A stretch of DNA of 40,418 bases from Lysobacterales bacterium. GTDB taxonomy: Bacteria; Pseudomonadota; Gammaproteobacteria; Xanthomonadales; SZUA-5. The position numbers and the translations under genes are program-made. Positions 1-10,737 of the stretch are shown piece after piece. How positions within the stretch are numbered: the first letter of the stretch is position 1; each line of letters starts with the position of its first letter. Below the pieces are notes generated by a model. It did not search any database and had not been told where the DNA came from. It was given only the letters and a program-made list of their open reading frames with translations. Location of the stretch: assembly GCA_022844165.1 (NCBI GenBank), contig JALHMH010000039.1, forward strand, positions 1-40,418, written 5' to 3'.

Positions 1-83
1 AGCCAATAACCCGGTCAGGCGCGGATCGAAAGGCGCCAGTCGGCGCATGCATTCGGCAGCCGCTATGAGCATATCAATGCGCA

Positions 84-2495
84 TCAGAAGACTTCGTAGG
101 GATCTTGTTTGCCGCTCGCTCCCGTACCTCGCGCCAGCCGCTCCATGTCTTCGACGCGAAACATCTCCATCATCGAATTGTCGTCGCCAGCGCCGGTCAA
201 CAAACCCGATGCTTTGTTGATTCGCGCAGTCGTAATGCCGGTAGGCATGACCGGCGCGACGTCAGGCACGTCTTTCAACGCCTCAGCCATAAATCCGATC
301 CACATGGGTAATGCCGTTCTTGCCGCAAATTCGCCTTCGCCCAACGAGGAAAAATCGTCGAAACCCATCCAGGTAGTGGTCACCATCGCGCGGTTGAAAC
401 CTGAGAACCAGGCGTCACGAAACTCGTTGGTGGTCCCGGTCTTCCCGGCAAGATCGTTGCGACCCAGTTCCAGAGCCTTGCGTCCCGTTCCCCGCTTCAC
501 AACATCAAGCAACAAGGACGTAATCAGGTATGAGTTTCGAGCATCGATCGCCCGCGGTGCCAGATTTATCCCTGGAACGACTGAGGGATCGCTCGCGCTC
601 GCAGCAGGCTCCAGCGCGAATTCCTGGGCGATGCGTTCAGGGCAATCGGCACATGCCCTGGGCGGGTTGGTCGCGAAGACAGTCGCGCCATTGGCATCCT
701 CGATGCGCTCGATCAGGTGGGGATCGATGAGAAATCCGCCATTCGCGAATACGGCAAAGCCTCGTGCCATCGCCAGCGGTGGCGCAGACGATGAGCCAAG
801 CGCGATCGACAAGTTTGGTGGCAAGCTGCTGGGCGGGAAGCCGAATTTGGCAATAAACTCTTGCGCGTGGCTCACGCCTATTGCATCGAGGATACGGATC
901 GAAACCAAGTTCTTGCTGCGGACCATGGCCTCACGCAGGCGAATCGGTCCGCTAAAGGTCTCGTTGTCGTTCTGCGGACGCCAGGCCTTCTCGACGCCCG
1001 GTATGTCAAACACGATCGGCGCATCGTTGACAATGGACGCCGCCGTGAAGCCTTTGTCAAAAGCCGCCGAGTAGATAAAGGGCTTAAAGCTCGATCCTGG
1101 CTGGCGCGCACTCTGTGTTGCGCGATTGAACTTGCTGCGCCCAAAACTATAACCTCCCACCAGCGCACGAATCCCGCCATTTTCCGGATCCAGGCCGACA
1201 AGCGCCCCTTGGACGGTAGGTAGTTGGGCGAGTCGCCACTGACCTTCTGGCAGCTGTCGAGCGCGAATCACGTCGCCGGGCTTCAAGACCGACGTCAGGT
1301 TCTTCGGCGCCGGCCCTCGCTCATTCGACGAAACCCAGCGGCGAGCCCATTTCATCTGCTCGAAAGGCAACTCGCCGGTGCTACCATCGGCGAACTTCAG
1401 TTTGGCGCTCTCCGGACTGGCCTCCAGCACCATGGCCGCCATCAGTCCGCCCGGCGCTGTGAGTCCACGTAGTGTTGCCATGACTTCCGCGTCGGATGTT
1501 CCCTGGGCGATGGCAGCCTCCGGCCCGCGGTAGCCGTGGCGCTCTTCATATTCGATCAGCGCGCTGCGCGCAGCTTCATTGGCTGCTGCCTGGAGTCGGG
1601 AATCGACGGTGGTGAACACCGAATAGCCACCTGTCAGCGCTTCTTCCGCGCCAAGAACTCGCTCCGCCTCGAGGCGAGCCATCTCAGCTACGTAAGGCGC
1701 TTCGAGCTCAATGGGCAGATCGTGAAGCCTGGCCCGATCCGGTTCGGCATTCGCCTGCGCGAACTCTTCAGCCGAAATAAATCCAGACTCGCGCATGCGT
1801 GTGAGGACGTACGAACGTCTTTCCAGCGCTCGGGCCGGGTTCTGAACAGGATTGAGATCGGACGGCGCCTTTGGCATCCCGGCAATCATGGCGGCCTCCG
1901 GAAGCGTCAAGTCTGCCAATCCCTTGCCGTAGTACACCTGGGCAGCAGCAGCGACGCCGTACGCCCGGTTACCGAGGAAAATTTTGTTTAAGTAAAGACC
2001 GAGAATTTCGTCCTTGCTGATTTCGCGCTCGATCTTTAAAGCCAGCATCATTTCCTTGAGTTTGCGTTCAATCTTTCGTTCTGGCGACAGAAAGAAGTTG
2101 CGGGCAAGTTGCATGGTGATGGTGCTGCCGCCGGTGCCGAACTCACCACCGGCACGAATAAACTCCCATCCCACCCGCGCCATACTTTGATAGTCCACAC
2201 CCGGATGCTGATAGAAACGTTCGTCTTCCGTGGCGATAAACGCGTTCTTCAGAACCGGTGGTACATCCTCAATTCGCGCCGGGAAGCGCCGGGCCTCGCC
2301 GAAGTTCGCAAGCAACTTGCCGTCCCGCGAGTACACTTTCAGAGGAACCTGGAAGCGCACATCGCGAAGCACTGCGACGTCTGGCAATTGCGGCAGATAG
2401 TGCCGATAGACGGCGTACACGACGATTGCGGCGAGCAAAATGCTGACCAGCGCCAACAGACCAAGCCTGCGTAGCCAGCGATAGCGACGTTTCAT
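84..2495 (-). CDS. mrcA: Penicillin-binding protein 1A (bifunctional transglycosylase/transpeptidase)
   Basis: N-terminal TM anchor; transglycosylase motifs EDERFYQHPG and GGSTITMQLARN; transpeptidase motifs SxxK (SSFK), SxN (SKN) and KTG. Divergent from pilM, as is typical. Start moved to the ATG at 2495 (MKRRYRW). Confidence 0.96.
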   Translation of the reverse strand: MKRRYRWLRRLGLLALVSILLAAIVVYAVYRHYLPQLPDVAVLRDVRFQVPLKVYSRDGKLLANFGEARRFPARIEDVPPVLKNAFIATEDERFYQHPGVDYQSMARVGWEFIRAGGEFGTGGSTITMQLARNFFLSPERKIERKLKEMMLALKIEREISKDEILGLYLNKIFLGNRAYGVAAAAQVYYGKGLADLTLPEAAMIAGMPKAPSDLNPVQNPARALERRSYVLTRMRESGFISAEEFAQANAEPDRARLHDLPIELEAPYVAEMARLEAERVLGAEEALTGGYSVFTTVDSRLQAAANEAARSALIEYEERHGYRGPEAAIAQGTSDAEVMATLRGLTAPGGLMAAMVLEASPESAKLKFADGSTGELPFEQMKWARRWVSSNERGPAPKNLTSVLKPGDVIRARQLPEGQWRLAQLPTVQGALVGLDPENGGIRALVGGYSFGRSKFNRATQSARQPGSSFKPFIYSAAFDKGFTAASIVNDAPIVFDIPGVEKAWRPQNDNETFSGPIRLREAMVRSKNLVSIRILDAIGVSHAQEFIAKFGFPPSSLPPNLSIALGSSSAPPLAMARGFAVFANGGFLIDPHLIERIEDANGATVFATNPPRACADCPERIAQEFALEPAASASDPSVVPGINLAPRAIDARNSYLITSLLLDVVKRGTGRKALELGRNDLAGKTGTTNEFRDAWFSGFNRAMVTTTWMGFDDFSSLGEGEFAARTALPMWIGFMAEALKDVPDVAPVMPTGITTARINKASGLLTGAGDDNSMMEMFRVEDMERLARGTGASGKQDPYEVF

Positions 2496-2568
2496 GAACA
2501 GCCCGGAGCAGTGTGCCAGACGGCATTCTACGGCCTTTGCTGCGGCCAAATTTCGGGCGCGCAGATGA

Positions 2569-3755
<1,187 letters not shown>

Positions 3756-3756
<1 letters not shown>

Positions 3757-4355
3757 TGGCCAGAATAAACTTACTTCCGTGGCGCGAAGAGCGTCGCAAA
3801 CAGCGCCAGCAAGAATTTTATGTATTGCTGGGCGCCACCGCCGGCGCGGCTCTGCTGGTTGTACTGGCCGCACTTTGGTTTATCGGTAGTCAAATCGATG
3901 CTCAAAATGCGAGAAACGCGACGTTGGATCGCGAAATCAAGGCGCTTGACGCACAGATCAAAGAAATCGAAGAGCTGGACCGCCAACGCTCACGCCTGAT
4001 TGCTCGGAAGGAAATTATCGAGCAGCTGCAGGCAACACGGACTCAAATGGTCCACTTATTTGACGAGTTGGTGCGAACACTGCCTGAGGGCGTTCAGCTC
4101 ACCGGTATCAAGCAGGCGGCGACGACGCTCACGTTGAGCGGCGTAGCCCAGTCCAATGCCCGAGTCTCCGCTTACATGCGAAACCTGGATCGATCGCCGT
4201 GGTTGAAGGAGTCGGAGATCATCAAAATTGAGGCTGCCGGTGACGACAAGTCGGTACCGTTTACCTTCTCATTGCGCGTGAGTCTCGAAGACCCGAACGC
4301 ACAGCCGGAAGCCGAGGGTTCGGCCGATTCAGTCACTGCCGGGGGGGCGCCATGA
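3756..4355 (+). CDS. pilN: Type IV pilus assembly protein PilN
   Basis: MARINLLPWREE signature, single TM, coiled coil. ATG overlaps the pilM TGA. Confidence 0.96.
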
Positions 4356-5005
4356 GCCTGATCGACGATCTTCGCAGAGCAGACGTCAATAACCTGGGTT
4401 CGTCGCCGACGTCAGTGCAGATGGTATTCGCAGCGTTGCTGTTCGCGCTGATATGTGGAGCAGGTTGGTTCTTTTACTTCAAGCCTCAACACGAAGCATT
4501 CGATCAGTTGGTCTTGAAGGAAAAAGATTTGCGCCTGGACTTCGAAGGCAAACAAGAACGAGCTGCCAATCTGCAGGCATACAAAGAGCAGCTGCAACAA
4601 ATTGAGCTGGTGTTGCAACAAATGCTCCGGCAGCTGCCTGGTAAAACCGACATGCCGGACCTGTTGGTCGATATTTCCCAATCGGCGTTGGCAACCGGCA
4701 TCGATAACGAGCTCTTCGAGCCGTTGGCGGAGATTTCAAAAGAGTTCTACGCTGAAAAACCGATTTCACTTCGCATGATCGGCAACTATCACCAGTTCGG
4801 GGATTTTGTCAGCAGTGTGGCATCGCTGCCACGGGTGGTCATTCTCACCATGCATGACATCTCCCTGAAGCGAAACGACGTCGAAAACGCGCCGGCCGAC
4901 CAGCTCATTCTTGAGGGCACCGTCAAGACTTACCGATACCTTGACGATGAAGAAATGGCTCAAGGAACCGCCGAGAATTCAACTCCTGCGGCGCCGGCGC
5001 GATGA
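4352..5005 (+). CDS. pilO: Type IV pilus assembly protein PilO
   Basis: TM, coiled coil, LPGKTDMPDLL, FYAEKPI, LPRVV and TYRY motifs. ATGA overlap with pilN. Confidence 0.95.
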   Translation: MSLIDDLRRADVNNLGSSPTSVQMVFAALLFALICGAGWFFYFKPQHEAFDQLVLKEKDLRLDFEGKQERAANLQAYKEQLQQIELVLQQMLRQLPGKTDMPDLLVDISQSALATGIDNELFEPLAEISKEFYAEKPISLRMIGNYHQFGDFVSSVASLPRVVILTMHDISLKRNDVENAPADQLILEGTVKTYRYLDDEEMAQGTAENSTPAAPAR

Positions 5006-5012
5006 GGCAGAT

Positions 5013-5555
5013 ATGAACCTGACGACCAAACTCTACCGAACGACGTTACTGTGCACCGCGATCACACTGACCGCCGGGTGCGCACAGAGTCGCGCGGAGC
5101 TTGATGCTTACATAGCGGAAGTGAAACAAAGGCCAGGGCAGCCCTTGCCGCCGCTCCCAGTGATGAAAACGTTTCCACCGTTCGAATATGCCGCACACGA
5201 ACTGCGAGACCCCTTTTCGCCGATCGGAGACGGCGATGACGAGGAGTCCCAGATTGCTGCCGCCAGCGGGACCGGCATCGCGCCGATTCCAGGTCGGCGG
5301 AAGGAGGAACTGGAATCGGTTCCCCTGGATAGCCTGGATATGGTGGGTACGATTGGCGCAGGCGAAACGATCGTGGGTCTGATCAAGGATCCACTCGGCG
5401 TGATCCATCAAGTAAAGCCCGGTAACTACATGGGCCAGAACCATGGGCGGATCCTGCAAATTTTTGAAGATCGAATCGAGCTCACAGAGATATTCCCCAA
5501 CGGCTTGGGTGGATACGAAGAGCGGCGGTCTCCGATTGCGTTAGACGACAAATGA
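5013..5555 (+). CDS. pilP: Type IV pilus assembly lipoprotein PilP
   Basis: Lipobox TAGC, RDPF, KEELE, MVGT and GNYMGQNHGRI motifs. ATG at 5013 with GAGG upstream. Confidence 0.95.
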   Translation: MNLTTKLYRTTLLCTAITLTAGCAQSRAELDAYIAEVKQRPGQPLPPLPVMKTFPPFEYAAHELRDPFSPIGDGDDEESQIAAASGTGIAPIPGRRKEELESVPLDSLDMVGTIGAGETIVGLIKDPLGVIHQVKPGNYMGQNHGRILQIFEDRIELTEIFPNGLGGYEERRSPIALDDK

Positions 5556-5577
5556 TGTTCTTGAAGGGGTTAAAGTG

Positions 5578-7845
5578 ATGAGCACATACATCCAAAAGCC
5601 AGGCGCAAAGAACATCAAGGCATTGCTACCGGAAGGGGTGGTTTCGATGTTCAAGAACTGGGGCGTCATTCTCGCCATCTCTGTGGCGGCCGTCGCGTCG
5701 GCGAAAGCCAACGATACGCTGGACTCAATCAGCTACGAGGCGAAACCCGGCGGCGCGGTCGACGTCATACTGAATCTCAAGACGGGGGCCAGTGAAGCCA
5801 CGGTCTTTGCCACCAGCGAGCCACCGAGAATCGCCATCGATCTGCCGAGCACTTTCAGCAACGTAAAGGACAAGATGCTTGACGTCTCCGTTGGGGCCAC
5901 GAAGTCCGTAACGACAGTGGAGGCGGGCGGAAGAACTCGCGTCGTCATCGATCTGTTTCGAGCTGCGCCTTACAAGTCGAGGCGTCAAGGCAAGAGCGTC
6001 GTGATTGAAGTTGCAAACGGATTCGGTGAAGTCGTCGACTCGCGTTCGCCAGTCGATCCAGCGAAACAAGTGATGGGCGAAGGCAGCGAATTGACCGGGC
6101 TCGATTTCCGCCGTGGAAAGGCTGGCGAAGGCCGACTGATTCTGAACTTCTCTAACGAAAACGCGACTGCAAACCTGCGCGAAACCGGCGGCCGGCTGGC
6201 GCTGGAACTGGCCAACGTCACGATTCCAGATCGCTTCGCACGGAAACTGGACGTGAACGATTTCGCTACGCCCGTAGAAGCCATCAATGTCTCCCGCCGG
6301 TCAAACGGAGGTTCGATGGCTTTCGAAATCAATGGCGAATACGAGAAGCTCGCGTATCAAGCCGGAACGGAGTATGTGGTTGAAATTTCAAGAAAAGTTG
6401 AGCAAGAGAAAAAACGACGTCCAGACGAACCGCCCGTTTACGTTGGCAATCGGGTGACATTTAACTTCCAGGATATTCCGGTCCGTTCGGTTCTCCAATT
6501 GGTGGCGGATGTTTCGGAACTAAACATTGTCGTCGCTGACAGCGTGCAGGGCAATGTCACACTGCGCTTGATCAACGTACCGTGGGATCAGGCGCTCGAT
6601 ATCATTTTACAGGCCAAAGGGTTGGACAAACGCCGGAACGGCCAGGTGATCTGGGTCGCGCCCACAGAAGAGATCGCCGAACGCGAGCAGGCGCTTGAAG
6701 ATGCGCGAATTGCCATGGAAGATCGGCAGGAACTCGCCGTCGACTACATCGCCATCAGTTACGGCCGCGCGGAGGACATGGCCAAACTACTGACTGTCGA
6801 GCAGTTGGAAAACATCGGAGGAGGCACTGGGAGTGGCCAGGGGGCGGCCGCCCAGCAGCAAGGTGTACTGTCACCGCGAGGTACCGTTGCATTCGACTCA
6901 CGTACAAATACGCTCATCGTGACCGACATACCTGATCGCATCCGCAAGGTGCGCGAGCTGGTTGCAATTCTTGATCGGGCAGTCCGTCAGGTCCTGATTG
7001 AATCACGGATCGTCATCGCGGAAGAGGGTTTCCGGAAGCAGCTTGGCGCGCGATTTGGTCTCAGCGGTGGCACCGAAGATAGTGATGGCAACCTGATCAC
7101 CATCGGCGGCACGCAGTTTGCGACCGATCAAATGCTCAACGAAGGCCTAAGAAACCGCGAACGGGGCCAGTCTTCCGCACTGCCGATTGGTCGCGCCGAT
7201 CCCATTCTGGGTGAGCCAGTTCTGGTGCCCGCGGCACCCGGCCGGCTCAATTTCAACTTGCCTGTCGTCCAACCTGGTGCGGGAAGCTTTGCGACCAGCA
7301 TCCTTGGCGCGGACTACATACTGGATCTCGAACTGTCAGCACTGGAGTCAGAGGACCGTGGCGAACTGCTGTCCAGCCCGAAAGTGATCACCGCTGACCA
7401 ACAAGAGGCTGTCATCAAACAGGGGCAAGAGGTCGGCTATGTCACATTGCAGTCATCAGGTGGGGGAATTCCGACCGCCACGGTGGCCTTCAAAGAGATT
7501 GTTCTGGAACTCCTGGTCACACCCCGAATCACTGCGGATGGGCGAGTATTCCTGACGCTCAAAGTCAAGAAAGACAATTTGGCCGGCTTCATACAAACCC
7601 CTGGCGGTCAGGTCCCGATTATCGATAAGCGCGAGGTTCAAACGGGTGCGCTGGTTGACAATGGGCAGACGGTGGTCTTGGGAGGTATCTACGAATTCGA
7701 GCGCAATAACAGCCTGAGCAAAGTGCCGATTCTGGGCGATATCCCAGCCGTTGGCGGTTTGTTCCGAAATCGGGATAACCGCACGAACAAGGTTGAGCTA
7801 CTCATTTTCGTCACACCCAAAATCCTGACTGACGCCAAGCCGTAA
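5578..7845 (+). CDS. pilQ: Type IV pilus secretin PilQ
   Basis: Two AMIN-like domains, FNFQDIPVRSVLQ, VPWDQALD, and secretin C-domain KVPILGDIP...ELLIFVTPKI. The exact start (5575/5578/5647) is uncertain. Confidence 0.96.
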   Translation: MSTYIQKPGAKNIKALLPEGVVSMFKNWGVILAISVAAVASAKANDTLDSISYEAKPGGAVDVILNLKTGASEATVFATSEPPRIAIDLPSTFSNVKDKMLDVSVGATKSVTTVEAGGRTRVVIDLFRAAPYKSRRQGKSVVIEVANGFGEVVDSRSPVDPAKQVMGEGSELTGLDFRRGKAGEGRLILNFSNENATANLRETGGRLALELANVTIPDRFARKLDVNDFATPVEAINVSRRSNGGSMAFEINGEYEKLAYQAGTEYVVEISRKVEQEKKRRPDEPPVYVGNRVTFNFQDIPVRSVLQLVADVSELNIVVADSVQGNVTLRLINVPWDQALDIILQAKGLDKRRNGQVIWVAPTEEIAEREQALEDARIAMEDRQELAVDYIAISYGRAEDMAKLLTVEQLENIGGGTGSGQGAAAQQQGVLSPRGTVAFDSRTNTLIVTDIPDRIRKVRELVAILDRAVRQVLIESRIVIAEEGFRKQLGARFGLSGGTEDSDGNLITIGGTQFATDQMLNEGLRNRERGQSSALPIGRADPILGEPVLVPAAPGRLNFNLPVVQPGAGSFATSILGADYILDLELSALESEDRGELLSSPKVITADQQEAVIKQGQEVGYVTLQSSGGGIPTATVAFKEIVLELLVTPRITADGRVFLTLKVKKDNLAGFIQTPGGQVPIIDKREVQTGALVDNGQTVVLGGIYEFERNNSLSKVPILGDIPAVGGLFRNRDNRTNKVELLIFVTPKILTDAKP

Positions 7846-7884
7846 TTGGGCCGCGCAAGCAAAGCATAAGAAATAGGAGAAGCC

Positions 7885-10605
7885 ATGAGCGCCTTTACGC
7901 GAATCCTGATAGCTGGTCTGGCGGCTACGGCCCTGGCCGGCTGCGGAGGAGGAGGTTCCAGTTCGAGTGGGAATGCCAACGGTGGCTTCACGCCGCCGCA
8001 AGCAGGCACAGTCCGATTCGAAACCGTTGGGAACCGGACTTCGCTGCCATCCAATCGAGCCGGCATTCCAGTCGAACTCAACTCGCCCTACTTTGTTCAA
8101 CTGAATGTCCGCGTTCAGCGCTCGAACCAGGGTCCTGCGCCGGACGGAACCGTCGTCAATTTGAGATCGAGCAATGTCCGCGCACTCGCGGTCTCGAAGC
8201 TTGACGATCCTGAAACCACCGACGTCAACGAGTTCACCACGTTGTTTGGTGTGATCAATGAAGAGACCACAGGTGGCATCGCCACGTTCTTCGTGCACGC
8301 CGGGGCAGACACCGGTACGGCTGTGCTGACGGCATCGGCTCCAGATCCGGAATTTGCGGGTCGAACCATCAGTTCTGACTTCACGATGACTGTCACGGAA
8401 GGCCCTGCGCCGTTCAAGCGAATCACGATTGAGCCACTGCGTACCGTGCTGCCGCCGAATCTGTTTGGCGTCCCGCCATTCATTGGATCTCCCTTTATCG
8501 CGGAACTGACGGTAACTCGCCGTGACGTTCGAGGACAACTCTTGAGCGGCGGCGACATGGCCGCGGCTGTCACACCGGTTGCCTTCGGCGGATTCTCGCA
8601 GTTGGATGACCCAGAAACCGAAGACGATCCCAACACACCGGAAATCGAGAACAATGAGTTCTTGACGATTCTGGGCGCAGGTCCGCTGACCTTCACGGCC
8701 GGTCGGAAGACCCTCTTCTTCCACGCATTCGACCGACCAGGCACCGCAACACTCACGATCACCGCGACGGACCCGGACACGGGCGCGCGACTGTCCGAGA
8801 CACAGAACTTCACGGTTGCCTCGCAGACGCCGGACCTGCCGGCAGACATTGACATACTTCGCCCAACTAACGCGCTATACATTCAAGGATCGGGTGGCCG
8901 CAATACACTTCCCTTGCAGGCCATTGTCGAGAATGGGGCCGGTGCACCGATCTCCGATCCGCCGGGTGCCTCAATCGTCAACAACGTTCAGTGGGAGATC
9001 ATTGATCAGGGCGCCGCTGGAGGCGAGGTGCTGACCGGTGTTAACGGTCAAAACCAGAATGTCGAAGGTCGGATGATCCGCGTTCGGACGCAGCAGGGTG
9101 CTTCGTCTGTGACACTGCGGTCGGGAACGCGTCAGGGTACCTTTGTGATCCGCGCAACGGCGGACCGCGCCGACAACAACGTCGATAACAACGTTCAGAG
9201 CCCGGTGAGCGAGGACATTTCCGTTGTCATCTCCGATGGCAAGTTGTTCTCCCTGAAAATCGTTACCCCAAGTGTGAACGCGCTGCGAGCCAACCTCGTC
9301 TCCGGGGGCGTTGCGCCGATTGGGGGAAATCAATCGATACCGACCGACCCGAACGGAACTTACGCGTTGACCATCAGCGTGCTCGGTACCGACCGTCAGG
9401 GTAACCCGGTCCTGCCGGGCACGCCGATAGACTTCGGACTGATCGACGCACCAGCCGCGGGCTTCCCCGAACAGGGCGCAGGTAGCTTCCTGATCAGTGG
9501 TGGTGATGGTGATCCACAAGAGGGTGGCAATTTGTTCACCGCCCCCAGTGGTCGCTTTACCACAGCAGGTGGCGGCGCCGGACCTGGCGACACGCTGATC
9601 GTCTTTGGAGAGCAATCCAACGCCGACAGAGATCTGGAAAGCGCCCGCCGCATCGAGCGAATCTTGGGTGCAACAAGCCTCAATGTCACCCAGCGTTTCA
9701 ACTTCAACAACGACACTGGCAACATCATCAACTCAGGTGCGGTACTGCCTTATGTTATTGGCAAAGCGACGGTCGCGAACATCACCCCCAACGTGCTGAC
9801 CAACGACATTGGCGTTGCCACAACTGCGATGAACTACCCGGTGAATCAATTGGGTCGCCTGGTCGCCGTGTGGGCGCGTGGAACTGGCGAGCAAGTGAAT
9901 GGCCAGCAGGAGTTGGTGACGGACGCTGAGTTGATGGTGTTTGCGGGCGCTGGTCCAGCGGCGCTTGTGGCATCTCCATCGACCATCGCACCCAATACGA
10001 CGGTCCCGGTCACGGTGTGCTTGACGGATGCGCTGGGCGCTCCGATTCGCGGCGCGAGTATTGCCTTCCGAGTAGCACGCCCGTCGTCCACGACAACGGT
10101 CGATGGCCAATCCGGACAAGGTTTCCTGTCGAACCGAACCGGACCTGGCGGCTGCGTTGAAGCGACGGTGCTCACAGCGGGAATCGCCAACGCGAATCAG
10201 ACGCCAACCATCACCTTCGCTGGTGGCGGGCGCGAAGCCGTGGTGAACGTCGCTGCGCCGAACATATCGTTCTTGCAGGCGTTCCCATCGGCCTTCTTCG
10301 GTGGCAACGGTGGCCCAATCCAGCTCAGGTTGATCGACGGCAACGGGCAACCGATTCCTGGCGTCCTGATCAACGGGGTGTGCACCGGAACTGGCGGCGC
10401 GCAGCTGATTCTCTCTGTACCGCCTGGACTGACGGATCAGAATGGACGCACTCAGGCCACTGTGGTCGCCGTCAACCTCGACCAGCCGCAAGGCGAGGGT
10501 GGTGGCGAGTGTGTCTTCACCGCAGCCGGCGGGACGCCCACGACGCGGGTACCGTTTGAAGGTATCAACGTCTGCGAGATCTTCTTCTCACCCGCTTGCG
10601 GATAA
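7885..10605 (+). CDS. Large putative outer-membrane lipoprotein with multiple Ig-like/invasin-like beta domains
   Basis: SD AGGAG, lipobox LAGC followed by a Gly/Ser tether, Thr/Gly/Val-rich beta content, Big_1-like motifs (DRQGNPV, DALGAPIRG, DGNGQPIPG, TDQNGR), paired Cys in the C-terminal part. Confidence 0.8.
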   Translation: MSAFTRILIAGLAATALAGCGGGGSSSSGNANGGFTPPQAGTVRFETVGNRTSLPSNRAGIPVELNSPYFVQLNVRVQRSNQGPAPDGTVVNLRSSNVRALAVSKLDDPETTDVNEFTTLFGVINEETTGGIATFFVHAGADTGTAVLTASAPDPEFAGRTISSDFTMTVTEGPAPFKRITIEPLRTVLPPNLFGVPPFIGSPFIAELTVTRRDVRGQLLSGGDMAAAVTPVAFGGFSQLDDPETEDDPNTPEIENNEFLTILGAGPLTFTAGRKTLFFHAFDRPGTATLTITATDPDTGARLSETQNFTVASQTPDLPADIDILRPTNALYIQGSGGRNTLPLQAIVENGAGAPISDPPGASIVNNVQWEIIDQGAAGGEVLTGVNGQNQNVEGRMIRVRTQQGASSVTLRSGTRQGTFVIRATADRADNNVDNNVQSPVSEDISVVISDGKLFSLKIVTPSVNALRANLVSGGVAPIGGNQSIPTDPNGTYALTISVLGTDRQGNPVLPGTPIDFGLIDAPAAGFPEQGAGSFLISGGDGDPQEGGNLFTAPSGRFTTAGGGAGPGDTLIVFGEQSNADRDLESARRIERILGATSLNVTQRFNFNNDTGNIINSGAVLPYVIGKATVANITPNVLTNDIGVATTAMNYPVNQLGRLVAVWARGTGEQVNGQQELVTDAELMVFAGAGPAALVASPSTIAPNTTVPVTVCLTDALGAPIRGASIAFRVARPSSTTTVDGQSGQGFLSNRTGPGGCVEATVLTAGIANANQTPTITFAGGGREAVVNVAAPNISFLQAFPSAFFGGNGGPIQLRLIDGNGQPIPGVLINGVCTGTGGAQLILSVPPGLTDQNGRTQATVVAVNLDQPQGEGGGECVFTAAGGTPTTRVPFEGINVCEIFFSPACG

Positions 10606-10622
10606 GGCTACCGACAAGGCAG

Positions 10623-10655
10623 AACAAGGGCCGCCCCGTGCGGCCCTTGTTGTTT
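10623..10655 (+). terminator. Rho-independent terminator ending the pilMNOPQ-lipoprotein unit
   Basis: AACAAGGGCCGC, 5-nt loop, GCGGCCCTTGTT followed by GTTT; begins 17 nt after the stop. Confidence 0.8.
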
Positions 10656-10737
10656 GTGAGACAGACCGCCCCTAAGCTGGCTCGGCAACTGAGTTTAGGC
10701 CTATCCTCAGCGACATAAACCCCATCACGCGAAACCC

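Noticed and set aside
109-1074. 321-aa + strand ORF and similar long antisense ORFs (7798..8724, 21708..22724, 28501..29376)
   Set aside because: They lie opposite well-supported genes; long shadow ORFs are expected in GC-rich DNA.
2504-2521. CTGGCACACTGCTCC on the minus strand upstream of mrcA as a sigma54 promoter
   Set aside because: It has no GC at -12, is too close to the start codon, and has no associated activator.
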